Positions 10,616-18,548 of a stretch of 64,000 bases of DNA are shown here, piece after piece. Source of the DNA: an uncultured Acidobacteriota bacterium (lineage in GTDB: Bacteria; Acidobacteriota; Terriglobia; UBA7540). The stretch covers positions 111,797 through 175,796 of the forward strand of contig CAVSSA010000012.1 in the NCBI GenBank assembly GCA_963730515.1. Direction: 5' to 3'. A model generated the notes under the pieces. The model worked only from the letters and a program-made list of their open reading frames with translations. It ran no database searches and was not told the origin of the DNA. The position numbers were made by a program, and so were the translations under genes. The stretch's first letter is position 1. Each line of letters starts with the position of its first letter.

Positions 10616-10831
10616 TCGGTTATCGGTGGAGTTCGGAGATCAGATGAACCAAATTGTGAGTCCGAAAACGGTAGCCCGGCGCATGATCCCACAGGGGCGG
10701 CCAGCAACACATTGCGCGGTCTGCGAGGCGGATCGTATCAGTGGAATGACCGGTTCGCGCGACTTTCGAGCCGCCGCGCCGAGTATCCGGAGGTCGCAAA
10801 CCCCGATTTCGGCGTGCGCTGGATGTGGTAA
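10616..10831 (+). pseudogene. Decayed C-terminal remnant of an FGE-sulfatase (SUMF1/EgtB-like) domain gene
   Basis: The translation DPTGAASNTLRGLRGGSYQWNDRFARLSSRRAEYPEVANPDFGVR follows the family C-terminal pattern DPTGP..G..RVLRGGSW....R...R....P.....GFR. The preceding G.V...(24 aa)...DPTG spacing is kept, but the conserved W residues are lost. No N-terminal part is present. Confidence 0.45.
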
Positions 10832-10899
10832 CCGGCAAGAGGCGACAAGTGAACGGACTGTCTGGTAGACTTTTGAGTTCACTGCCAGGAGGATGCAAA

Positions 10900-12522
10900 T
10901 TGCCAAGACGAACCGTACTCTGTGCGCTGGTTGCCATATTCCTGTTCGGCTGGAGCGCGCCCCGGCCGGTTGCCGAGCCCAGTTTTCCCGACCGCCCCAA
11001 GCTGGTTTTGGTGCTGGTGATTGACCAGTTTCGGTACGACTACCTGATGCGCTTCCGGCCTTATTTCGTGCAAGGCGGATTCAATCGCCTGCTGGAGGGC
11101 GGGGCGGTCTTTACGGATTGCCGGTTCGATTATGCCACCACCATGACTGGCCCCGGGCACGCCACCCTGCTGACGGGCGCCTATCCCGACGCGCATGGGA
11201 TCATTGAGAACAACTGGTACGATCGCGACCGCCAGCGCGAAGTTTATTGCGTCGAGGATTTGAGCACGCGCCTGGTGGCTAGTCGCGAGAAGGCCAGCGC
11301 CTCGCCCGGCTATTCGCCCCGCAATCTGACGGCTTCGACCCTGGGGGACGAACTGCGCCTGGCAACCGATTTCCGCTCCAAGGCGGTCTCCATCTCTCTC
11401 AAGGACCGCGCCGCAGTTTTGATGGGCGGGCATGATCCCTCCGCCGCATATTGGTACGATGAGGGATCGGGCCGCTTTGTCAGCAGCACCTACTATATGA
11501 AGACTCTGCCGGTGTGGGCGGACGACTTCAATCAACATTCGCCCATCAACCAGTATTGCGGCAAGAAATGGCAGACGCTCAGGGAAACTCCGGGAGGTCA
11601 GGGCAGAGTCTTGTCGGAATTCGAACCCTCTCCCGGGGAAACCTGCCCGGACCCCAAGTTTCTGGGTTGGCTTGACGAAACCCCCTACATGAACGAGATC
11701 GAACTGGGCTTCGCTGCCGCTGCCATCCGCAACGAGGGGTTAGGGCAGGGCCCCGACACCGACATTTTGACCCTCTCGCTCAGTGTGAATGACTATATCG
11801 GTCACGAATTCGGTCCGTATAGTACAGAAGTTGCTGACGCTACCCTTCGCACCGACCGCGACCTGGCGGCGTTTTTCGATGAACTGGACAAGATGGTGGG
11901 GCTAAACAATGTCTGGATCGCATTTTCTGCCGACCATGGCGTGGCCCCAACTCCGGCATTTATTCAGGAGCACAAACTGGGCATGGGGCTTGCTCAACCC
12001 GCGGCCATTCGTAATGCGGCAGAGCAAGCCTTGACCAAGGCCTTTGGCCCCGGTCCGTGGATTGAGGATGAGGATGAAGCGTACCTCTTTCTGAACCGGA
12101 AAACGCTCAAAATGCGCAACGTCCTGGAATCAAAGGCCGAGGAAGTCGCCGCCCAGGCCGCCGCCTCGCAGCCCGACGTGGCAGCGGCATTTACGCGCAC
12201 GCAGTTTCTGACCGGCAGTTTGCCGCGCTCGGCCCTGGCCCGGAAAGCCGCGAATAGCTTTAATTCGAAGAGAAGCGGGGATGTTTTCCTGGTTTTTGCA
12301 CCCTATGCGGTGCCAACTTCATATCCCACCGGCACCACCCACGGGACTCCATGGAATTACGACGCCCAGGTCCCGATGATTTTCCTGGGAAGCGCGTTCA
12401 AGGCGGGGTTTTACGCCGCCCCATGCCAGCCGATTGATTTGGCCGCCACCCTGGCAGCAAGGCTGGGTCTGACGCAACCATCAGGAGCGCAGGGAACGCC
12501 GTTAGTCATGTCATTAAAATAG
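10900..12522 (+). CDS. Alkaline phosphatase family protein (type I phosphodiesterase / nucleotide pyrophosphatase-like)
   Basis: VIDQFRYDY ... TTMTGPGHATLLTGAYPDAHGII ... SADHG motifs. Start proposed at the TTG at 10900, 6 nt after AGGAGGA, and followed by a signal-like segment. The track ORF starts at 10825. Confidence 0.75.
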   Translation: MPRRTVLCALVAIFLFGWSAPRPVAEPSFPDRPKLVLVLVIDQFRYDYLMRFRPYFVQGGFNRLLEGGAVFTDCRFDYATTMTGPGHATLLTGAYPDAHGIIENNWYDRDRQREVYCVEDLSTRLVASREKASASPGYSPRNLTASTLGDELRLATDFRSKAVSISLKDRAAVLMGGHDPSAAYWYDEGSGRFVSSTYYMKTLPVWADDFNQHSPINQYCGKKWQTLRETPGGQGRVLSEFEPSPGETCPDPKFLGWLDETPYMNEIELGFAAAAIRNEGLGQGPDTDILTLSLSVNDYIGHEFGPYSTEVADATLRTDRDLAAFFDELDKMVGLNNVWIAFSADHGVAPTPAFIQEHKLGMGLAQPAAIRNAAEQALTKAFGPGPWIEDEDEAYLFLNRKTLKMRNVLESKAEEVAAQAAASQPDVAAAFTRTQFLTGSLPRSALARKAANSFNSKRSGDVFLVFAPYAVPTSYPTGTTHGTPWNYDAQVPMIFLGSAFKAGFYAAPCQPIDLAATLAARLGLTQPSGAQGTPLVMSLK

Positions 12523-12682
12523 TCCGGTCCGCTCACGAAGTGATTTTGCCAAAAAGCACCCGGGAAATTTGTCAAAGCTGAACCGCGCGGGCTCGGGTAA
12601 TTCGGCTGGCTGGCCTGGCAACCAGAACCTACCGGTCGGTAGGTTCGACCAGCTAGACTATAAACCTTTCCTAATACTTTCC

Positions 12683-12711
12683 TTGACAAATTCGGTCTGA
12701 AATTGTAGTAT
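12683..12711 (+). promoter_or_regulatory. Sigma-70-like promoter upstream of the rlpA-like gene
   Basis: TTGACA (12683-12688), 17-nt spacer, TAGTAT (12706-12711), about 85 nt upstream of the start codon. Confidence 0.4.
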
Positions 12712-12795
12712 GGATGCGTCTCCAACACCTTACGGATCTGTGCCATCCTCATCAAGAATTTACTGAATGAGGAAAGATTGTCATTTGGAGGTTGA

Positions 12796-13272
12796 ATGAA
12801 GAATTTGGTTATGAGTTGTGCGATTGTCGGGTTGATTGCAATATCTCCGAAGCCCGAGGCAAGGCCGCCTTCCCTCCCAGGGTCGGCGCCCAAAGCTTTT
12901 CAAGTACCCAAGGCTTTTCAGGTACCCAAGGGCGAAGTGGGAATAGCGAGCTGGTACGGAATCGAGCGCCAGGGAATGCCCACCGCCAGCGGCGAACTAT
13001 TTGATAAGGATAAGCTTACCGCTGCTCACCGCAAGCTCCCTTTGGGTGCCACGGTTCGCGTCACGAACCTCAAGAATCTCCAATCTGCCAAGCTGAGGAT
13101 CAATGACCGAGGCCCCGGATTGAATAGTCGCATCATTGACGTCTCGTGGGCGGCGGCAAGAAAGCTCGGCTTCCTGGAAGCGGGCTTGGCACACGTTGAA
13201 ATCGATGTCCTCACCTACCCTAACAATTGCCTTCGGCACAAGACCAGCTCACGTTCTCCAAAGTTCAATTAG
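12796..13272 (+). CDS. rlpA: RlpA-like (DPBB domain) septal ring lytic transglycosylase family protein
   Basis: GIASWYG...GMPTASGELFDKDKLTAAHRKLPLGATVRVTNL...INDRGPG is the RlpA DPBB signature. Signal-like N-terminus. An 18-nt tandem duplication encodes PKAFQV twice. Confidence 0.8.
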   Translation: MKNLVMSCAIVGLIAISPKPEARPPSLPGSAPKAFQVPKAFQVPKGEVGIASWYGIERQGMPTASGELFDKDKLTAAHRKLPLGATVRVTNLKNLQSAKLRINDRGPGLNSRIIDVSWAAARKLGFLEAGLAHVEIDVLTYPNNCLRHKTSSRSPKFN

Positions 13273-13483
13273 ACCCCCGGCAATTTATACAGTTCAGAAC
13301 GAATTCCCTACTCGCTGCTTACCGCTTGCGGACACCCTCGTCTAAAAAGTGGAATTGCCGCTGTTCTCCCTCCCCAATGCCCCACCCTGCTCTGTTCTTT
13401 GGGCGGAGCAGGGAACAATTCATGGGGAGTTCGCGTATGAATACCTAGAGGGTTGGGGTAGCTCGGCCAGCCTGGAGAAATAA

Positions 13484-14689
13484 ATGGCAAACAATCATCA
13501 GGGCAAGCGGAAGAAATGGTATCTGCTGGCGATTGCCGGAGTCATTGTGGTGGGCGGAGGCATGGGCATTGCCGCGGCCTTGCACCCCAATAATACGATT
13601 GACCCTTCGAAACTGGCCAGCGTCACCCGCGGCGACCTGGCGCGTTCCGTGGTGGCCACGGGCAAGATCGAACCGCTTGTGAAGGTTGAGGTTAAGTCCA
13701 AAGCGAGCGGCATTGTCGAGAAGATTCTGGCCGACTATGGCGACCACGTGAAATCCGGCCAGGTTCTGGTGGAGCTGGACAAGGAGCAGTTGCAAGCCCG
13801 CGTAGCCGAAGCCCGCGCCAACCTTCAGGCCGCCCAAGCCGCCGTCGAATCCAGCCAAGCCACCTACGAACGCAACAAGGTGGATGCGGAGGGGCCGGAC
13901 CTTCCCTTCCTGAAAGCCACCGTCGAGCGCAATCGCAAGCTGGCGGCGGATGGACTGGTGTCCACCTCGATCCTGGACGACAGCGAGAAGGCTTACCAAC
14001 TCGCGCTGAACAAGCAGATGTCGGCGCAGCGCTACCTGGCCGTCAGCCGGGCGGAGATCGCGCGCAGCAAAGCCCAGGTGGCTCAGATGCAAGCCGCGCT
14101 CGCGAGCGCCGAGGAGGACCTGGGCAATTCGACCATCGTCAGCCCCATGGATGGCCTGGTGCTGTCCCGTGACGTGGAGGTGGGCGACGCGGTCAGCTCC
14201 ATCCTGATTCTCGGCTCCGAGGCAACCCTGGTGATGACCCTCGGGGACGTGAGTGAGGTTTACGTCAAGGGCAAGGTCGATGAAGCCGACATCAGCAAGG
14301 TTTACCTGGGGCAGAGGGCGCGCATCGTCGTGGAGTCGCTCAAGGATAAGAAGTACGAGGGCAAAGTAACCAAGATTTCACCCATGGGAGTGGAAAAGGA
14401 TAACGTCACCACCTTCGAAGTGAAGGTTTCCATTCAGAACCCCACCGGCGAACTGAAGGCCAACATGACCGCCAACGCCGAAATCATCCTGGAAGAGAAG
14501 CATAACGTGCTGCAACTTCCCGAGGCGGCGGTGATCTATGACAAGGACCGTCACACCTTTGTGGAAACACCTGCCCCCGGCTCGAAAACCGGCAAGCAGA
14601 AACTCCCCGTTACGCTCGGAATCTCCAACGGAGTCAAAACCGAGCTGATGAGCGGATTGAAAGAAGGGCAGGAAGTGGTGTTGCAATAA
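13484..14689 (+). CDS. Efflux transporter periplasmic adaptor (HlyD/MacA-like)
   Basis: 401 aa with an N-terminal TM segment. ATGKIEPLVKVEVKSKASGIVEKI lipoyl-like motif, coiled-coil hairpin, then beta-barrel domains. Confidence 0.85.
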   Translation: MANNHQGKRKKWYLLAIAGVIVVGGGMGIAAALHPNNTIDPSKLASVTRGDLARSVVATGKIEPLVKVEVKSKASGIVEKILADYGDHVKSGQVLVELDKEQLQARVAEARANLQAAQAAVESSQATYERNKVDAEGPDLPFLKATVERNRKLAADGLVSTSILDDSEKAYQLALNKQMSAQRYLAVSRAEIARSKAQVAQMQAALASAEEDLGNSTIVSPMDGLVLSRDVEVGDAVSSILILGSEATLVMTLGDVSEVYVKGKVDEADISKVYLGQRARIVVESLKDKKYEGKVTKISPMGVEKDNVTTFEVKVSIQNPTGELKANMTANAEIILEEKHNVLQLPEAAVIYDKDRHTFVETPAPGSKTGKQKLPVTLGISNGVKTELMSGLKEGQEVVLQ

Positions 14690-14691
14690 GA

Positions 14692-14787
14692 AGGACGTCC
14701 TTGGTCCTTTGTCCTTGGTCCTTCGTCAGTTGCTGCCCGGATCGCTAAGTACAATGGACAAAGGACTAAGGACAAAGGACAAGCGAC
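14692..14787. repeat. Inverted pair of heptamer arrays (GTCCTTG type) between adaptor and permease genes
   Basis: The left arm 14692-14727 and right arm 14756-14787 (GGACAAA units) are mutually complementary in about 22 of 25 positions, with a 28-nt loop. Confidence 0.8.
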
Positions 14788-14789
14788 AG

Positions 14790-16049
14790 ATGGCCTTCAC
14801 CGATCTCCTCCTCGACACCCTCCGAACCTTGTGGTCCCACAAGCTGCGCACCTTTCTGACCATGTTCGGGATCGCCTGGGGGATCATCTCCATTACCCTG
14901 ATGGTGGGGGCGGGTGAAGGCTTGCGGGTCGGCCAGCAGCGGCAGCAGGAGACCTTTGCCAAGGATTTGATGATTATCTTCGACGGCCGGACGAGCCTGC
15001 AAGCGGGAGGCCTGCGCGCCGGCCGGGAGGTGAGATGGGAGGCAAGTGACGCCCAGGCGGCACAGCAGGAGGCCACCGCCTGCCGTTTCGTGTTGCCGGA
15101 GTTGGAGCGCGAAAACCTGAAAGTGCGCAGCCTCTACAATAATGCTACGCCCACCGTGACCGGCTCCTACCCCCCTTTCGCCGAGATACGTTCCATCGGC
15201 GTGGAGGCGGGCCGGTTCTACGACTGGGGCGACGAGGATGCGGGCCGCCGCGTGGCCTTCCTGGGCAGCAACATCAAGAAGCAACTCTTCTCCAGCCGTC
15301 CAGCCGTGGGCGAGACGATCATCCTCAATGACATTCCCTTTACGGTCATAGGCGTCATGACCGCCAAGGACCAGAATTCCAGCTACGACGGCTGGGATGT
15401 GGACAAGATTTTTGTGCCCTTTGGCGCCATGCTCCGTGATTTTCCCAACAAGCCTCCGCTGCTTCCCACCGATATTGACCAGTTGCTGGTGGTGCCCAAA
15501 TCTCTTCCCGAGCATGAAGACTGTAAGTATCAGGTGAAGCGTGCGCTGGGCCGGCTCCACCGGTTTGATCCCCTGGACAAGGAAGCCGCCCCCGTTTGGG
15601 ACACGGTGGAGCAGGCCAAGGCGTTTCGAAAACTCATGGACGCGATGAAGTACTTCCTGGGGGCCATCGGCATCACAACCCTGCTGCTGGGCGGCATTGG
15701 CGTGATGAACGTGATGCTGGTGGCGGTCCGCGAACGCACCCGTGAAATCGGAGTGCGCAAGGCGGTGGGAGCCAGTTCCCGCGCCATCCTTCAGCAGTTT
15801 TTCGTCGAGACCACCATTATTGTTTTCCTCAGCGGCGGAGCGGGCATGGGCATTGCTTACGGCCTGTGCGGACTCGTCAACCTGATCCCCATGCCCCCCT
15901 TCTTTGCGGGCATGCTCCCCACCTGGCAATCCGGCACGCTCTCTTTCGCCGTGCTGGGCACGGTGGCAGTGCTCTCCGCCCTCTACCCCGCCACGCGCGC
16001 GGCCCACGTGGACCCGATCGAGGCGCTCAGATTTGAGGCGGGAGGATGA
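14790..16049 (+). CDS. ABC transporter permease, MacB/FtsX-like (no ATPase domain)
   Basis: MacB_PCD plus FtsX architecture. LRTLWSHKLRTFLTMFGIAWGI at the N-terminus and RTREIGVRKAVGA near the C-terminus. Start moved to the ATG at 14790 because the 14709-14789 part of the track ORF is a heptamer array. Confidence 0.85.
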   Translation: MAFTDLLLDTLRTLWSHKLRTFLTMFGIAWGIISITLMVGAGEGLRVGQQRQQETFAKDLMIIFDGRTSLQAGGLRAGREVRWEASDAQAAQQEATACRFVLPELERENLKVRSLYNNATPTVTGSYPPFAEIRSIGVEAGRFYDWGDEDAGRRVAFLGSNIKKQLFSSRPAVGETIILNDIPFTVIGVMTAKDQNSSYDGWDVDKIFVPFGAMLRDFPNKPPLLPTDIDQLLVVPKSLPEHEDCKYQVKRALGRLHRFDPLDKEAAPVWDTVEQAKAFRKLMDAMKYFLGAIGITTLLLGGIGVMNVMLVAVRERTREIGVRKAVGASSRAILQQFFVETTIIVFLSGGAGMGIAYGLCGLVNLIPMPPFFAGMLPTWQSGTLSFAVLGTVAVLSALYPATRAAHVDPIEALRFEAGG

Positions 16050-16053
16050 GGAA

Positions 16054-16646
16054 GTAGTCAGTTGTCAGTTTTCAGTTCTCAGTCGTCAACCATCGGTCTT
16101 TCGTACCCATTTTTCAGGTTGCAATAAACGAGGCAAAAAACACAACCTCCTGAACACAACGATGGCAGCCGATAACTAGTGATGGATGAAAGAAAACTCA
16201 TGATAGAGAACTGACGACGGAGACGGTGGAGGTTGTGATGCAGGATTTCAAGAAACTCAAGGTTTGGGAAAAAGGGCACGAGGCCACATTAACTGTATAC
16301 AAGTTCACAGCCCGGTTTCCAAGAGAGGAACTTTACGGCCTGACCAGCCAAATGCGACGGGCTGCGGCTTCTGTCGTTTCCAATATTGCCGAGGGTTGTG
16401 GGAGAACGGGCCGGCCAGACTTTGCCCGCTTTCTTCAAATGGCCACCGGCTCCGCAAGTGAGCTCCAGTATCAGTTACTGCTCGCGCGTGACTTAAATTT
16501 TCTTAAGCCCGAGGAATACCAGAGCCTGGAAGGAAGAGTCGTAGAAGTGAAACGAATGCTGAGTTCCTTAATACAGCGGCTCAGAAGCGGGACCTAAAGA
16601 CCAACGCCGAAGACTGATGACTGAGAACTGATGACTGACGACTGAC
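16054..16646. repeat. Inverted heptamer arrays (GTCAGTT type) bracketing the four-helix-bundle gene
   Basis: Arms at 16054-16091 (GTCAGTT GTCAGTT TTCAGTT CTCAGTC GTCAACC) and 16609-16646 (GACTGAT GACTGAG AACTGAT GACTGAC GACTGAC), about 27/31 complementary. Confidence 0.8.
16238..16597 (+). CDS. Four-helix-bundle protein (23S rRNA intervening-sequence protein / Avd-like family, PF05635/TIGR02436)
   Basis: FKKLKVWEKGHE...YKFTARFPREELYGLTSQMRRAAASVVSNIAEG...F...A.GSASELQYQLLLARDL is the family signature. GGAGG lies 5 nt upstream of the ATG at 16238. Confidence 0.85.
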   Translation: MQDFKKLKVWEKGHEATLTVYKFTARFPREELYGLTSQMRRAAASVVSNIAEGCGRTGRPDFARFLQMATGSASELQYQLLLARDLNFLKPEEYQSLEGRVVEVKRMLSSLIQRLRSGT

Positions 16647-16663
16647 CCGAGAGTGGAATCGAC

Positions 16664-17917
16664 ATGCTAACCGAAATCCTCAAACAAGCCTGGACGTCAC
16701 TGAGGCGCCAGCCCACCCGCAGTCTGCTGACCATGTTGGGGATCGTTTGGGGAATTGCGGCGGTGGCTTTGCTGATTGCCTACGGGGGCAGCATGCGCTC
16801 CGTGGTGGTGGCATCTTTCGATGCTTTCGGCAGGGGCGCGGTGGTCTGCTGGCCGCAGCAGACCAGCGAGCAGGCAGGGGGCGAGCGGGCGGGCAAACAA
16901 GTGCGCTTTGAACGAGCCGACGTGGAAGAAATCCAGCAGGAAGCCACTCTGGTGAAGACGGTGTGCAGCGAGAGCGTGCGCTTTCTGCCCATCTCCTATG
17001 GCGACCGCATGGCGCAATCGGCCATCCGGGGCGTGTGCTCTGAATATGGCGAAATGCGCAATGAGGTTCCCAGCCAGGGACGTTGGCTCAGCGCCGAAGA
17101 TGAGTTGGAGCGCCGCCGTGTGGTCTTTATCGGCTATCGCCTGCGTGAAAAGCTCTTTTCCGGCAGGCCGGCGATTGGCGAAACCGTGCACATCAGTGGC
17201 GTGCGCTTTACGGTTATCGGCACGATGGAAATCAAGATTCAAGACAGCAACTACTTCAGCCCCGACGATCAGTGCGCCTGGATTCCCCATTCCACGGCCG
17301 GTGATCTTTGGGACACGCGTTACGCCTCGGTGCTGGTCTTTGAACCCAAAGCTCCGCAGTTCGAAAAGGAGGCCATTGCCCAAGTGCGCGCCGCAGTGGC
17401 CAAGCGCCAGCGCTTTTCCCCCACCGACGAGCGCGCCATCCTGATGTTCGGGCGCGAACAATTTCGCCCCATCATCGACGGCATCACCATTGGCTTCGAG
17501 GCTCTCTTCACCTTTGTGGGAGCGTTGACGCTGGGTATTGGGGGCGTCGGCCTGATGAATATCATGTTGGTGGCCGTCGACGAGCGCATTCGCGAAATCG
17601 GCCTGCGGCGCGCGTTGGGGGCGCGGCGGCGGCACATTCAGGCGCAGTTTATGGCGGAAGCCCTGGTGCTGGCCCTGGTGGGGGGCGTTCTGGGCATCCT
17701 GCTCGCCTATGGCCTGGCCCTCGCCATCGGCACCATGCCCCTCTACGGTCCGCTCTATGAAGACAACTCCGGCAAGGGGGACATCCACCTCATCATTTCC
17801 CTGAACACCATTGGGATCTCGACAATCATCCTTCTGATCGTCGGCCTGCTGAGCGGACTGGTCCCCGCCCTACGCGCCTCCCGCCTCCACCCCGTGGAAG
17901 CACTGCGGTACGAATAG
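16664..17917 (+). CDS. ABC transporter permease, MacB/FtsX-like (second paralogue)
   Basis: Same architecture as 14790..16049. LRRQPTRSLLTMLGIVWGI and RIREIGLRRALGA motifs. Confidence 0.85.
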   Translation: MLTEILKQAWTSLRRQPTRSLLTMLGIVWGIAAVALLIAYGGSMRSVVVASFDAFGRGAVVCWPQQTSEQAGGERAGKQVRFERADVEEIQQEATLVKTVCSESVRFLPISYGDRMAQSAIRGVCSEYGEMRNEVPSQGRWLSAEDELERRRVVFIGYRLREKLFSGRPAIGETVHISGVRFTVIGTMEIKIQDSNYFSPDDQCAWIPHSTAGDLWDTRYASVLVFEPKAPQFEKEAIAQVRAAVAKRQRFSPTDERAILMFGREQFRPIIDGITIGFEALFTFVGALTLGIGGVGLMNIMLVAVDERIREIGLRRALGARRRHIQAQFMAEALVLALVGGVLGILLAYGLALAIGTMPLYGPLYEDNSGKGDIHLIISLNTIGISTIILLIVGLLSGLVPALRASRLHPVEALRYE

Positions 17918-18548
17918 GGAATTATGAATGCTGAAATATGAGTGCTGAATGGGACGGGTCGGAACCGCTCTTACCAGGAGGATTTCAATACGAAGGTCAC
18001 AGAAGCTCAAAGAAAAGAGCTCCTCTGAATGTACGGGGCGCGATGGTTGTTCCTTATGCATTTCGCCTGCGGTGGTTCGCTGCGGCCATTCTCTGTGAGC
18101 CTCTGTGTCTCTGTGGTCAATCTTCTTCTTTGGGGCTGGCAAATACGAACCTCTATTGGGTGACCCGCTCCTGGGTCAAACTGCTCGACGATGAAGGGCT
18201 GACCTTGCGCAATTGAAAGCGCTGCTTATGGAAAGATTTGTACTTCGTGCCCGCCGTTACGGTGCATCACCCTACGGGAATTCGGCTGACAGGCCGCGTG
18301 GAACTCCTCTTTCACGGCCGGCCGGAAATCAGGATCGATCCGTTCTCTACGTGGAACAGCAAGGAAGTGCCGGCCTTCCTGAGCGTCAAAGTTGGGTATA
18401 AGGTGAGCGTTTGAAGCACAGATATTAGCAGATAGCTCAAGTCTATATCGAAGGCATGGCCGCGAATTCGAGGTTTATGATATTCTCGCGTGCGACACGA
18501 TTCGATCAAGAAGCGATAAATCCCCGGACCGGAACGAGAAAAGGATTC

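Noticed and set aside
18130-18410. Possible small gene or gene remnant (frames giving ...NLYWVTRSWVKLLDDEGLTLRN and KDLYFVPAVTVHHPTGIRLTGRVELLFHGRPEIRIDPFSTWNSKEVPAFLSVKVGYKVSV).
   Set aside because: The protein-like stretches are in different frames, lack start codons and ribosome-binding sites, and I could not tie them to a family. They might be a decayed gene, but that is unsupported.
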